A DNA stretch of 64,000 nucleotides from Octopus vulgaris (lineage: Eukaryota), in NCBI GenBank assembly GCA_951406725.2, contig OX597826.1:71796001-71860000 (forward strand). Reading direction: 5' to 3'. Each line of letters opens with the position of its first letter. Position 1 is the stretch's first letter. Made by a program: the position numbers and the translations under genes. The notes under the pieces were generated by a model that saw only the letters and a program-made list of their open reading frames with translations, made no database searches and was not told the origin of the DNA. Shown piece after piece: positions 1 to 12,561 of this stretch.

Positions 1-99
1 GTCTTTGCTATGTGGAAGATACGTGGCAGCCTCAGAAAAAGAAAAGATGGTCAGGAAGAGGCTGAGCCATTACAAAGAAGAAAACTAATAAGCTGTAAA

Positions 100-460
100 T
101 GATGTGCAACAACAAATCAGTCGGCAATTGTGCTTGTCGGTGGTGCCCCATACAGTCTAGCACCCCCAGATCTCAACCTGTTGGGTCCAATGGAAAAACA
201 GCCTGCCATTGTGAAAGATTTATAAGTGCAAGTAGCAGCAAAGGAATGGGTACAACAATACATGCCTGAATATCTGAATATTTTCAAAGAGAATGTGAGA
301 GTTGAGTTCAACAAAGTAGCAAATATATCATTTGCTATGGAGATTATGCTGAGTGTGTAGAAGAAACATTCTATCAACGTGTGGAATTTCAATATCTAAT
401 GTCAGTTGGTAATAAAAAAAGGTTATGGCCACCTTAGCATTACTGAAACAAGTAAAGGAT
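100..460 (+). mobile_element. Decayed mariner transposase 3' remnant
   Basis: 148-198 translates PYSLAPPDLNLLGPMEK (cf. mariner YSPDLAPSDFHLFGPLK), followed by VQVAAKEWVQ and CYGDYAE-like C-terminal motifs. Confidence 0.65.
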
Positions 461-629
461 ATATATATATATATTTCCTCAATACAAAGGCTGCTTGTTT
501 CTCTGGGATTGGTCTAATTGATGTAGACACCTGGTGAAACCCAATAAGGTTTACAAATTAAGGCTGTTCATATTTTGAATCTATGATGAAATAGCTGAAT
601 TTGCCATATATATATATATATATATATAT

Positions 630-753
630 AGTTAATCCAAACACGAGCAAAGAGAAAACAATGCGAGGACGTGGAACAAGTATAGTGTTATTGGACGCTC
701 AGTAAAGGGAAGATGGAGAAAGAAAATCGCCAATGATACACATGTGGTCACAT
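630..753 (-). mobile_element. Internally deleted copy of the TA-embedded element also at 6221 and 54033 (hammerhead segment missing)
   Basis: Shares gttaatccaaac...gcgaggacgtggaacaag...ttggacgctcag and aatcgccaatgatacaca; flanked by (TA)n. Confidence 0.7.
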
Positions 754-758
754 ATATA

Positions 759-945
759 TTACCATGACCAACCAGGCTATCAGATGTTGCTAAACATCGC
801 TGGTCACAATGCGCTTTGCATTGTTTTAGCCTTCAAATGACGCCACCCCGCTGGCTAAGCGAGCAGGCCAACAGAAGAAAGTTGTGGCAAAAGAGTACAG
901 CAGGGATTGCCCACCCCCTGCCTGAGCCTCGTGGAGATTTAGGTG
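759..945 (-). mobile_element. tRNA-derived SINE family A, partial
   Basis: Reverse complement of the 3' part of the full copy at 25753-26044. Confidence 0.85.
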
Positions 946-1218
946 TAGAAAGTTAGTCAGCTTCAAGCAGTCTGTAGAAGGTATAAAAAACAACCTTCAG
1001 GAACAATAATTTATTGGCGTAAAAGGTTGTAGGTTTTTCTCATATTGAAGTTTGATAAGCTGAAAAAAGTTTTTTTATAGTTCACAGTTAGCAACTAGGG
1101 TTGCTATGAATGCGAATAAAAGTCCAAATTGAGGGAGTGGAGCAGTTAAAATACAGGTTACATTTGTTCTCTAGCAGAACCTCGGAAGTAATAATTACTC
1201 AACAAGGGGTACTCCATT

Positions 1219-1355
1219 ACTCATCAGGCCAAAGATACCCTAGTTAAATGAGGGTTGCATTGTCATCAAGGGATCCTAACTCCGGCAAGTTAACTTAGGG
1301 TCCCTTAACAACAATGTAACCTTCATTTAACTAGGATCTCTTCAGCTTGATGAGT
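1219..1355. repeat. Imperfect inverted repeat (~60-bp arms)
   Basis: ctcatcaggccaaagataccctagttaaatgagggttgcattg...cctaa pairs with ttagggtccc...catttaactaggatctcttcagcttgatgag. Confidence 0.8.
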
Positions 1356-1448
1356 TACATATTGTAATTATTACTTGTGAAGTTCTGCTGGCTGGGAAAC
1401 ATGTAACCTGGATTCTACCTGCTCATTTTGGGGACACACACACATATA

Positions 1449-1590
1449 TGGCGTTAGGAAGGGCATCCAGCTGTAGAAACACTGCCAGATCAGACTGGGC
1501 CTGGTGCAGCCTCCTGGCTTCCCAGACCCCAGTTGAACCGACCAACCCATGCTAGCATGGAAAACGGACGTTAAACGATGATGATGATGA
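1449..1590 (+). mobile_element. Retroposon 3' tail ending in (GAT)n (RTE-linked LINE/SINE tail); further copies near 3278-3520(-), 30360-30530, 38225-38590, 49585-49760(-), 51990-52343, 56411-56712
   Basis: gttaggaagggcatccagctgtagaaac...caacccatgctagcatggaaa...ggacgttaaacgatgatgat recurs many times. Confidence 0.8.
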
Positions 1591-1824
1591 TACAGACGTG
1601 TATGTATGTGTATATACATTTACACATGATGGCTGCAATGCAATTTCAAGCAATGTCATTGCTTGATTGTTTTCCTAAACATGAGCAGCTTGGATGTAGT
1701 TTTTTAGTCCTGCTAGGGACTTACATTCTTTTGCACAGATTTAACAATGATGGGTGCTTCTTGCAAATAGATGTCCAGAGGCTTTGCAACACACACTGAC
1801 ACATGCTTTCATTTTATCATAGAA

Positions 1825-2214
1825 CTAGCAGTATCGCCCGGCGTTGCTCGGGTTTGTTTCGGCCCTTTAGATTTGGAATTTTTGAAAAGTAAAAATTTTG
1901 CATTATGTAACTTGTTATTCTCTTTAAGTGAACATTTTTCTGGTTGAAATACACCAAAAAATGGCGACACAGCAATAAAAAAAATCACAAAAAATTGGGA
2001 TTTTCATAGAAAAAAAGCACCTTTTCGATGTAAATAATTTTTGGTTTTAGCATGGTCCGATTTGAATTTTTTCTTCTATGGAAGGAAGAGCAAGCCTTCT
2101 ATCATACTCTCAATTTTGGTCAACTTGCGCCGCAGGGTCTCGGAGGAGATAGTGTTAGTTGAAGGCTACCAAACCTGCCACATACAGACAACTTCAGCTT
2201 TATATATCGAGAGA
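1825..2214 (-). mobile_element. Non-autonomous Helitron
   Basis: Minus strand reads A|TC...cccgagcaacgccggg hairpin...CTAG|T: canonical Helitron termini and A/T insertion site, no TSD. Confidence 0.8.
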
Positions 2215-2359
2215 TTTCTTATTGAGTGTTTTACCTTTCTCAGCTATGACCAGACTAGAATACAACACATATTGATGTTAAAATCAAGTGATAGCTATGC
2301 AAGAAGCTTTTTTAGGAGAGGAAAAGCTTTGCCTTGCTCTCCATCAGTTATGACAAGAC

Positions 2360-3160
2360 GGTTCCAGTTGATTTCATCACCAGAAGGGTCAGCTCATGAA
2401 ATTAATGTGCAAGTGGCTTAGCACTCCACAGAAATGCATACTGTTAATGTATTGGGTTGTCCCGAAAGTTTGTGCCGATTTTTAAAGGAAAGAAAAAGGT
2501 CAATAAATACTTGCCATTACATTTTTAATCAACCAAATCCGAACCATTTTGTTGCACAATGCATCTCCATCTTTCCTTTAACTTGAAAAAAACCCTCTTC
2601 CCAGAATTGATGTGGTTTCATGGCAAAGAATTCATCAAGGTATCTTTTTACGTCATCCAAGGAATTGAAATTTTTACCATTAAGACTATTCTGCAGAGTC
2701 CTGAATAAGTGGAAATCCAAAGGAGCAATATCTGGTGAATATGGAGGGTAGGGTAACACATCCCAGCCGAGCTGCAGCAATTTTTGTCTGGTTCCAAAAG
2801 CATCAAGTGCCGAAAATGAACTTTCTTATCTTCCATTTTAAAGGGTTACAGGAACATAAACCTTCTTCCATGAAAAGATAGCTTAAACTGTGCTCTAAAT
2901 GGAGGTGTAGTAAAATCCTATTTTATGGACTCAACCATTTTCTAAAATAAGTCGAAAGGTAAGCTACTACAAATCGGCACGAACTTTCCGGACAACCCAA
3001 TAGTTCTCAGGGAGATTTAGCATGATATAGAATGTGAGAAGGCTGGCCTTTTCAATTAGAGGTACAACTCATTTTTATCATCTGAGTGGACTGGGGTAAG
3101 GAGAAATAAAGTGTCTTGTTACCAAGAACCGAACTCGTGATTGGTAGCCGAATACTCGGG
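2360..3160 (-). mobile_element. SINE family D copy split by a mariner insertion
   Basis: Sequence on both sides of 2452-3000 joins at TA to match the uninterrupted copies at 41235-41390 and 9744-10060. Confidence 0.7.
2452..3000 (-). mobile_element. Internally deleted non-autonomous mariner element (~550 bp)
   Basis: TIR ttgggttgtcc(c/g)gaaagtt(t/c)gtgccgattt at both ends, TA TSD; N-terminus MEDKKVHFRHLML joined to C-terminal LGWDVLPYPPYSPDIAPLDFHLFR. Confidence 0.95.
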
Positions 3161-3896
3161 TCATAAAGTGACGCACCTTGACAAGGGCCAGTCTCACTCC
3201 CTAAACAATATATGACTTTGGAAAATTACTATTTTTAAATCTCACAACGTGACATATTCAGCGACAGTACTTTGTCTCATCATCATCGTTTACGTCCGCT
3301 TTCCATGCTAGCATGGGTTGGATGAATGACTGTGGGCTAGCGAACCAGGCTTCAATCTTGATCTGGCAGAGTTTCTACAGCTGGATGCCTTTCCTAACGC
3401 TGACCACTCCGAGAGTGTAGTGGGTGCTTTTACGTGCCACCGGCATGAGGCCAGTCAGGCGGTACTGGCAACGACCTTGCTCGAATCTTTTACACATGCC
3501 ACCAGCACAGGTGCCAGGGCTAAATTACAGCAACATTCATCCTAGACCGAGACTACCATGTTATGTTGGCAAACAATCTTTACTACACTATATGCCTTTG
3601 TTCAGAAGTAACTGGTCACCATCATTGGATGCAGATGAAGTTGAAAGAATTATATCAGAGTTTTCCTTCTAAATAGATGTCCTAAAGGATTCTACTCCCA
3701 GCTATTAGATGGCTGCTGATTCTAGTCTACTCTTTGACATATTAGTTTTAAGTTCTCTAAGCTATCCAATAAAAACCACTCTCCTTACAAAGCGGGATTC
3801 ATAGGGTTGGTGTTGTAGTCACCAACAGCCCCACTATGCTACAAGCTGTACTGGATGATGTCTTGCCGCTAGCACTAAGAGTAATCTCACACAAAC

Positions 3897-3927
<31 letters not shown>

Positions 3928-4337
3928 TTTGTGAGTGTATATATATATATATATAAGAGAGAATGGTGTCATTGAGACCCAAAGGTGTCAGGTAATGCTG
4001 AATAAGTGCTATAGACAGACCATAGTTAAGTTCCAGATTCGGTAATATTGCGAATAAAGGGTTCAACGTTGGTTCTATGTCAGTGTGTGTATATAAGAAT
4101 TTTTTGTCTAATAAGATAAAAAACCAAGGCTGTATAGATATTAGGCAGTGGTTCAGCATGGATGGAGTCAAATGACTGAAACAAATAAAAGATATATATA
4201 TATATATTTATGTTACTTGGAAACAGGTGAAAGCTGACAGCAAAAAGGGCATCATCTATAGAAATTTTAGCTCAACAAAAGCCATCTGACACATGCAAGC
4301 ATGGAAAAGTAAACATTAAAACAATGATAATGGCGAT

Positions 4338-4400
<63 letters not shown>

Positions 4401-4588
4401 GTATATACATATATATATGTATATATATATATATGTATTATTGAAATGGATAAATGAATTATCTAGTTACGGATTATTCAAATGATAACCGATACCTGGG
4501 TAGCAAAAATCACAACAGAAAAATCACGGTTGAGGTTACGACCATGGGGTCTCAAAACCGTACCTTAGTGCGGAAATTTGAAGTTTTA

Positions 4589-5000
4589 TATATTTAGTGT
4601 AGGAAGAAATGGAGCTGAACGAAGATTTAACAAAATTCCTTTTTATTATTTTCTACATATGTTTCAAAGGCTGCAAAGTCCCTAATTCAGGAAAATCCAG
4701 GAACTTAATTCTCCAACAAAATGCACAGCAAGCTTTTCCACAAACGCTTGCGAGGAGCCCATAAATTTTTTTTTTTTTTTTTTTTTTTTTATCCCATGGG
4801 CTCCTCGCGAGCGTTTGTCGAAAAGCTTGCTGTGCATTTTGTTGGAGAATTAAGTTCCTGAATTTTTCTGAAGAGAAGGCTGCAAAATGGTCTCCTTATT
4901 CAATCCGAATTAGGGACTTTGCAGCCTTTGAAACATATGTAGAAAATAATAAAAAGGAATTTTGTTAAATCTTCGTTCAGCTCCATTTCTTCCTACACTA

Positions 5001-5005
<5 letters not shown>
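4589..5005. mobile_element. Fold-back element (inverted arms ~175/210 bp around a poly-T loop), probable Penelope-like terminus in (TA)n
   Basis: 4589-4762 is the reverse complement of 4796-5005 apart from a ~39-nt deletion; the right arm holds a hammerhead motif. Confidence 0.85.
4863..4946 (+). ncRNA. Type-I hammerhead ribozyme motif
   Basis: ttttt-CTGAAGA-[gaaggctgcaaa...tttgcagccttt]-GAAA-catatg-TA-gaaaa: full core, 12-bp stem II, palindromic stem III ACATATGT, GUA site at 4939-4941. Confidence 0.8.
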
Positions 5006-5350
<345 letters not shown>

Positions 5351-5837
5351 ATCACGTGATCATGTGACCGACCAGACCATCAGAAGAAAGAGTACAGCAG
5401 GGATCACCACCCACTGCCGCAGCCTCGTGGAGCTTTTAGGTGTTTTTGCTCAATAAACACACACAACGCCCGGGAATTGAAACCACTAGGCCATTGCGCC
5501 TCCACTATATGTATGTATGTATATGTATATATATATATGTATGTATATATATGTATATATATATATATATGTATACATATATATATGTATATATGTGTAT
5601 ATATATATATGTGTATGTGTGTGTGTGTATAATCAAAATAAGCAACAAGAATGACTCCGGTAATTTGGTACTATCATTTCGTACTACATCATTTTATTAA
5701 ATGTAAGTATTACAACAGATTTATGATGCTGAGTACTGTGTATATATATATGTATATATATATATATCTCTCTATATATATATATATATTTATATATACA
5801 TATATATGTATACATATAATATATTACACACACACAC

Positions 5838-5884
<47 letters not shown>

Positions 5885-6220
5885 TATACCTATCTATGTG
5901 TGTATATATGTTGCATTAAAGACCCAACTGTATTCCAGTTTTATCTTTTTATTACCAAAGTTTTGATACTTTAATATCAGTTTCTTGGCATTTAGTTAGG
6001 AATGATAAATGTTCCTAAATCCATTTTCAACATTTCCAGACCTTCTCATTTTCAAAAATTGAAATGGATTTGGCTTGTGCATTGCTTCTTATATAGTGGT
6101 TGAACATTTGTGTAGCAACGTCAATAGAAGTTCTCCAGCATGTCCAAAACTTATGGGCTGAGACAAAAGATAAATGATATGTACATGTGGGTGTGTATAT
6201 ATTAATATATATATATATAA

Positions 6221-6405
6221 AGTTAATCCAAACAAGAAAACAAAAACAAAAAACAACAACGCAAGGATGTGGAACAACAAATAAAGTATTATTGGACGCT
6301 CAGGTATAAGGAGGGTTTGACGTTTCGAGTGGAGCTCTTCGTCGGAAACATAGGAGAAGGGAAGACAGGGGAAAAAAATTGCTAGTGATACAGATGAGGT
6401 CACAT
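6221..6405 (-). mobile_element. TA-embedded element (probable Penelope-like terminal repeat)
   Basis: Homologous to 54033-54245 and 630-753; carries a minimal hammerhead. Confidence 0.75.
6315..6349 (-). ncRNA. Minimal type-I hammerhead motif (CCGACGA core variant)
   Basis: Minus strand: gttt-CCGACGA-a-gagc tcc actc-GAAA-c-GTC-aaac; stem I GTTT/AAAC, loopless palindromic stem III ACGT, GUC site. Confidence 0.7.
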
Positions 6406-6496
6406 ACTAAATATATATATATATATATAAGAAATTTTTTGCATAATGAGATAAAAAACCAAGGCTGTGTAGATATTAGAACATTTATAGATAGAA

Positions 6497-6550
6497 GGTC
6501 TTACAGCTGTTTCCAGAATATTTATTAATTATACCCCTTCATCGGAGAGG
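6497..6550 (-). ncRNA. Type-I hammerhead motif in a second TA-embedded element (6428-6787)
   Basis: Minus strand: tct-CCGATGA-aggggtata attaataaa tattctg-GAAA-cagctg-TA-aga; palindromic stem III ACAGCTGT, GUA site. Confidence 0.65.
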
Positions 6551-6971
6551 ATGGTTAAGTAATAATTAATTTTGATGGGATACAAAATAGAGAGTAAGGT
6601 GGAGGAAAGAAAATAGATGTGAGATATGTAGGGATATTGAATTTGTAGATCCATTTTTTAGGCAGAATGGTATTTTTGTAAGATTCCAATACCTTATGAG
6701 AAAAATCTAACAGCATTTAAAATTGTTCATTCCAAATATAGAGTTTATACCGAGTAAGATCCAATGGTATTTAAAATTGGTCAAGGTATATATATATATA
6801 TATATAAAGCATTGATTGCTAAATGTGGCTAGAGCTTGTGGATGAAGAAGATCCAGGAGACAGGGGACAAAGTAGTGAAGGCTGACCTTAGGAACCTAAG
6901 CCTTAAAGAAGAAGTGATGAAGGACCAGGATGCCAGGCAAACAAGGATTCCAAGAAGAGCTGCCCATCAAG

Positions 6972-7290
6972 ACAAAACCAACTTCTGGAAACACTATGCT
7001 TGTACATATTGTAGATGTGTGTGTATCTATCTTTAATTCTAAATCTAATTTTTCCCTGTAAGTTTGGATTTACTCCCTAATATTATTATTATTATTATAT
7101 ATATCATCATCATCATCATCATCATCATCATAAAACGGACACTAAATGATGATGATGATATATATAATAATAATAATAATATTAGGGAGTAAATCCATAC
7201 TTACAGGGAAAAATTAGATTTAGAATTAAAGATAGATACACACACATCTACAATATGTACAAGCATAGTGTTTCCAGAAGTCAGTTTTGT
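6972..7290. repeat. Near-perfect inverted duplication (~140-bp arms, ~30-bp spacer)
   Basis: acttctggaaacactatgcttgtacatattgtagatg...ctccctaatatt is mirrored at 7146-7290. Confidence 0.95.
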
Positions 7291-7845
7291 ATATATGTAT
7301 GTATATAGATAGATAGATATATAGATATAGTTATATACACATATATACACACACACATAAAATAGAGGCCTCGGGGAGGGTATCTGACATTAATTAATTT
7401 ATCACCACTAACAAGAACTTAACTGTCAGTTCCCAATGGATTTAATTCTAAGGGGTTGTAGACAACAGTTTGCATGAAGTCTTATGAATGTGATAAAGAT
7501 AAATACAAATGTTCCCATTATTTTCCTCTGCCACTCTCAATTGTAGGAGGCTTTAGGTATACATTTTTTCCCTAAATTCATTCTGCCACAAAAATAGCAA
7601 ATTGAAACAATGTAATTATTTTAGTCTCCTATACTGATAAAATTTTGCTAAAAAATAATGGTTTATCCTTTATGTTGGAAATCTATATGGTCATCTGCTT
7701 CTGAGAGAGCGGTTTATTTCAAATTCATATATTGTTTCCATTGATCAATTAAATGAAGCCGCTTGAAATGGCTGTAATGCACTGGACATCCTTGTTACTT
7801 TGATTTTTATAGGCACACACACATACACACACACATATATATATA

Positions 7846-8885
7846 CAGGGTGTAATGGGTAAATTGTCACCATATCATACTTTTAATATTGTGCATGCAC
7901 ATTGTTTGTTTTTTATTTTGTTGACTACACAGTATCGTAGGGTCGGTTGGGCACCATCTGTGAGAAAAACAGCACCATGATGCAATTCACTCTGCCAGAA
8001 ATGTAGAAATGACATGCTGTACTGCTTAGCATTCACACCAGAAGCTCTAATACGAACAAATAGTGAACACACAGAACAACCGTTGGCTTGCTGTGTCCCC
8101 AAAATATGTACCAAGAGTGATAAAAATCAAACATCCAGTCAACATCATGGTGTTTGGAGTAATCACTAGTGATGGCGACGTTATACCTCCATTCATTTTT
8201 CTCACATGGCTGCCCTGGATCAAGAGGGTGGCTACTGGACGACCTTACACTGGCAAAAATAAATTTAAGACCGATGATAAAAGTTCTATTTCCTACAAAA
8301 TATTTTGATACTAACACCATACAAATTATTTCTATCTTTTACACCTTATGTGGAATTTATTTTTCTTTCGAATAATGCAGACAATAACTATTCTTATACA
8401 ACTTGAAGAATTCTAATGCTAAATTAATATAAACGTTTCAAATTTACCATTTACCGGCAAAATTAGTTTAAGACCGTATCATTATAATTTTATTTAAAGC
8501 TTAAGATTGTAGCAAAAATGAGCAACAAGAACGAAATACATATTAGTACTTTGTGCCGTAGCCTTTATTCTTGATGACGGCTGAACAACGCCTTGGCATT
8601 GAATTCGCTTGAGCAAGAGACCAACAAAACACCAAAGACGAACTGAAGGTAAGGATTATGGCAGCGTTCACCAACTTAAACAATGAGACCATCCAGAAGA
8701 GTTGCAGGAGTTTCTGAAGTTGTCTAGAGGCTGTGGTTGAAGCCATGGGTAATTTTATTGAATAAATTTACTCTTTAGTATTTCAAGATATATTTATGTA
8801 ATTTTGGTGAATATATCTGTTAAAATGAGATGTCAGTGTTATTTTCATTTTTGCGTAATTTAGATGACAGTTTATACACTGCACC

Positions 8886-8888
<3 letters not shown>
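7846..8888 (+). mobile_element. Deleted Tc1/mariner element (maT/DD37D-like) with an unrelated insert at ~8247-8608
   Basis: Degenerate TIR cagggtgtaatgggtaaattgtcacc at TA; NTQNNRWLAVSP...KHPVNIMVFGVITSDGDVIPPFIF transposase motif. Confidence 0.8.
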
Positions 8889-8957
<69 letters not shown>

Positions 8958-9494
8958 GCTTTAACATCTCCTTTTCTGTGATTGCATGAGTCAGACAAAA
9001 TTTGATGAGATAGATATTTCACCGTTGGATGCTCTTTTTGCTGCCAACCCTCACCTATTTCCAAGTAAGGTAATAGTTCTTCTAATCCTTCCAACACGAA
9101 CAGACGACAATATATTTACCACAATCCTGTATGTATAATGTACGTAGAAGTAATCAACCCCTCTTCTCACTGCAGCTCTACTCCCCTCCTTCTGATACAG
9201 CATTTCTTTCTTGCTATCCAGAACCAATTTACTTGCTAGCCATTCTTCTTCCATTAATATTGCTCCCCCTCACCTGCTCTTGCCTTATCACCCAACTCTA
9301 CCTTTGTCTCCCTGCTGTTGCCAGTCACTCACCCTCTCCCATCTGCCTCTACTTATTCTTCACATCCGTCTTTTATTCCACCCTCCCAGTCATTCTGGTT
9401 CCTTGGATGTCATTGTTTTTTCTCTTCTTTCTCTCCAAATCCCTCTCCTTGGTCACCTGTGCAAATGTACATTCCCTAATTTATCGAGTATTCC

Positions 9495-9722
9495 TTAACC
9501 CTTTAGTGTTCAGATTATTCTGTCAAATGTGATGTTTGTTTATTTAAAATGGTTTGAATTAATCCTGCATTATCTTGTAGTTTAGAGATTTCAGTGATGT
9601 GATTTTTTAGTTTTAGAATGACATGGTAGGGCTGAGGTGAGAGGCGAGATCTGGTCAGTTTCAATATAAAACAGGTTAAATATTTTGGCCAGATATGGCC
9701 GGTTTGAATGCTAAAGGGTTAA
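9495..9722. mobile_element. TTAA-target (piggyBac-type) MITE
   Basis: ttaa-ccctttag...ctaaaggg-ttaa; same family at 28063, 56290, 58130, 59552. Confidence 0.85.
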
Positions 9723-9743
9723 ACTTACATTTAAGTCCCTATA

Positions 9744-10060
9744 TGAAGGTGCATGGCTTAGTGGTTAGTGTTTGGCTCATGCTTGAAAAGTTGTAAGTTC
9801 AATCCCAGTGCAGCACACCGTGTCCTTGAGCAAGATACTTCATTTCATGTTGCCCCAGTCCACTCAGCTGGCAAAAATGAGTTGTACCAGTAATTAAAAA
9901 GGGCCAGTCTTGTCACATTCTGAGTTACATTGAATCTCCCTGAGAACTATGGAGTGTTGTGGCATGCTCAACGACTTGCACATTAATTTCACTAACAAGC
10001 TATTCCATTTAACAGATTGACTGAAACCCTTGTTGTCATAACTGACAGAATAACAGTTTA
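9744..10060 (+). mobile_element. tRNA-derived SINE family D
   Basis: tgaaggtgcatggcttagtggttag (A box)...gttcaatccc (B box)...gtgtccttgagcaagatacttcatttca. Confidence 0.8.
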
Positions 10061-11504
10061 AGTCCCCATCTTCACATCTCAAATACTGTCACCATTGTTC
10101 CACTCTACAAATTCGAATTTCCTGTATACAAGTGCTCTACCACTACCACCACCACCATCACACACCCTTACTGTTTACACTGGAAAGTGGTTGACTATAT
10201 GAGCAGAAAACGTTCATGGTTATGAAGTCAACCTATCCAACCTCTCTAGTGCGGAGGCAACTGGGAAATGCACCCAGGAGTGGCTGTGTGGTAAGTAACG
10301 CCTCCTGAATCAGAATCAGCTATTGGTAGGTGTGGTACAATATTCTTACTAATCATTGCTCTGAATGCACACCTAAGAAAATATATATATATATATATAT
10401 TTTATAAGGTGTGCATTCAAAGCAGTGATTAGTAAATTTACGAAACCGGTATGCTTTTGAATCTCTTTAACAATTCACAATAATGACTTTTATTACTTTT
10501 ATTCCTACCTCAGTTCATCTAAGTGTATATATCTTTCGTTACTTTTCATAAAAAGCCTTTACTTTTTTTGATTTCCAATCTGCATTTTCGCTTATTTTTC
10601 TTCTCACTTCCCCCTTACATTTCCACGTGCAGCTTCTATTTTCTTTTCGTAACATATTTCTATTAAAAATATATGTATATATATATACACATACATGTAT
10701 GTATGTATGTGTATATTAAGAAAAAGGAAGGCAGTCAGGGTTTGGATAAAAAGTATTTATTTAATAAAAAGTGTTTGGCCCAAATCCTTACTACTTTCTT
10801 TTTCTGAATGCATAAAATGTGTACACTACTTCAAACAATTTCTTTCTCTTTTTCTCTCTCTCCCTCCCTCCCTCTCTCTCTCTCCCTCCCTCCCTCTCTC
10901 CCCCTCCCTCCCTCTCTCTCTCTCTCTCTGTATATGCATGCAAACACACACACATGTATGTATGTATGGAACTATATCTATCTATTTATCCATGTGTCTG
11001 TCAATGTGTATATGTGTATGTGTGTGTATGTGTGTCTTTGCGTTTGTCCACTGTCACCACCACTTGATAACTGGTGTTAGTTTGTTTACGTCCTCGTAAC
11101 TTCACGTTTTGGCAAAACAGATCGATAGTGTAGGCACCAGGCTCAAAGAAAATAAGTGCTGGGGTCAATTTGGTTGATTAATCCCTCCATGGTGGTGCCC
11201 CAGCATGGCCACAGTCCAATGATTGAAACAGATAAATGAAAAAAACATTGAATTATTTATTCAGCCAGGTGATTATTCTAATTACCTGTGAGTGTATGTA
11301 TATTGCTCAGTGTTACCTGTATTGGAGGCATTGAATCTTGTCTAGGCATGTGACTGGCTGCAAATACATGTCAATGGTAAAGACCAAAAAGATTGAAATA
11401 TACTCTGGTATTCTCACTAGCCACTGGCGGAAAGATTTTTCCATCTCTGTCCAGTATATGTTATTTTGAAACAAGACACATCCATAAGAGATGATTTCTC
11501 AAAT

Positions 11505-11905
11505 AGGCACAGGAGTGGCTGTGTGGTAAGTAGCTTGTTTACTAACCACATGGTTCCAGGTTCAGTCCCACCGCGTGGCATCTTGGGCAAGTGTCTTCCA
11601 CTATAGCCTCGGGCCAACCAAAGCCTTGTGAGTGGATTTGGTAGACGGAAAATGAAAGAAGCCCATCGTATATATGTATATATATATATGTGTGTGTGTA
11701 TCTGTGTTTGTCCCCCTAGCATTGCTTGACAACCGATGCTGGTGTGTTTATTTCCCCATTACTTAGTGGTTCGGCAAAAGACACCGATAGAATAAGTACT
11801 GGGCTTACAAAAGAATAAGTCCCGGGGTCGAGTTGCTCGATTAAAAGGTGGTGCTCCAGCATGGCCGCAGTCAAATGACTGAAACAAGTAAAAGAGTAAA
11901 GAGTA
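11505..11905 (+). mobile_element. tRNA-derived SINE family B, full length; other copies ~14415-14790, 16680-17090, 18430-18660(-), 30679-31105(-), 39381-39745, 50065-50470(-), 54905-55095(-), 55414-55852
   Basis: ggcacaggagtggctgtgtggtaag...ggttcagtccc...cttgggcaagtgtctt...internal TA/TG tract...gactgaaacaagtaaaagag tail. Confidence 0.92.
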
Positions 11906-11929
11906 ATAACTTGCTATCTTTTATTCCTT

Positions 11930-12145
11930 TATTCTTTTACTTGTTTCAGTCATTTGACTGTGGCCATGCTGGAGCACCGCCTTTAGCCGAGCAACTCGAC
12001 CCCCGGAACTTATTCTTTGTTAGCCTAGTACTTATTCTATCAGTGTCTTTTGCTGAACTGCTAAGTTACAGGGACATAAACACACCAATATCGGTTGTCA
12101 AGCGGTGGGGGGTGGCAAACACAGACACACACACACACACACACA
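11930..12145 (-). mobile_element. SINE family B 3' half, inverted tail-to-tail against the preceding copy
   Basis: Reverse complement of ~11700-11895. Confidence 0.9.
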
Positions 12146-12561
12146 CGTCTTTTGTTTTTCTAAAAATTTCAAATATATATATTTACATACATTTACATAC
12201 ACCCATATACATATATATACATATACCTACACACACGCACGCGCGCACACACAGACCATGTTTATTCAACCGTGTCGGCCTTCTTTTTAGGTGCAAAATA
12301 TACTGTCACATGACACTGTTGCACAAACACAGCGGGAAAACATACAAAAGGTTATAAACTTAATCATGTGTTAATTCTCTACAAGCACTTAACGAAAAAC
12401 ACATTCAGACATTGATTTTTTGGACATGTTCAGTCAACCATGTCAACCTTAACTGACGACACCAAGCATTATCACTTGATTCTAATGTAGCAGGGTACCT
12501 ACAAAAATTCCTAAGACTAGTCATGTGGCTATCCTCTACTAATTGAATCCTATTCAAAACA

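Noticed and set aside
1725-1796. Minus-strand exon ending in gtaagt
   Set aside because: Acceptor lacks a pyrimidine tract and the peptide is not recognisable
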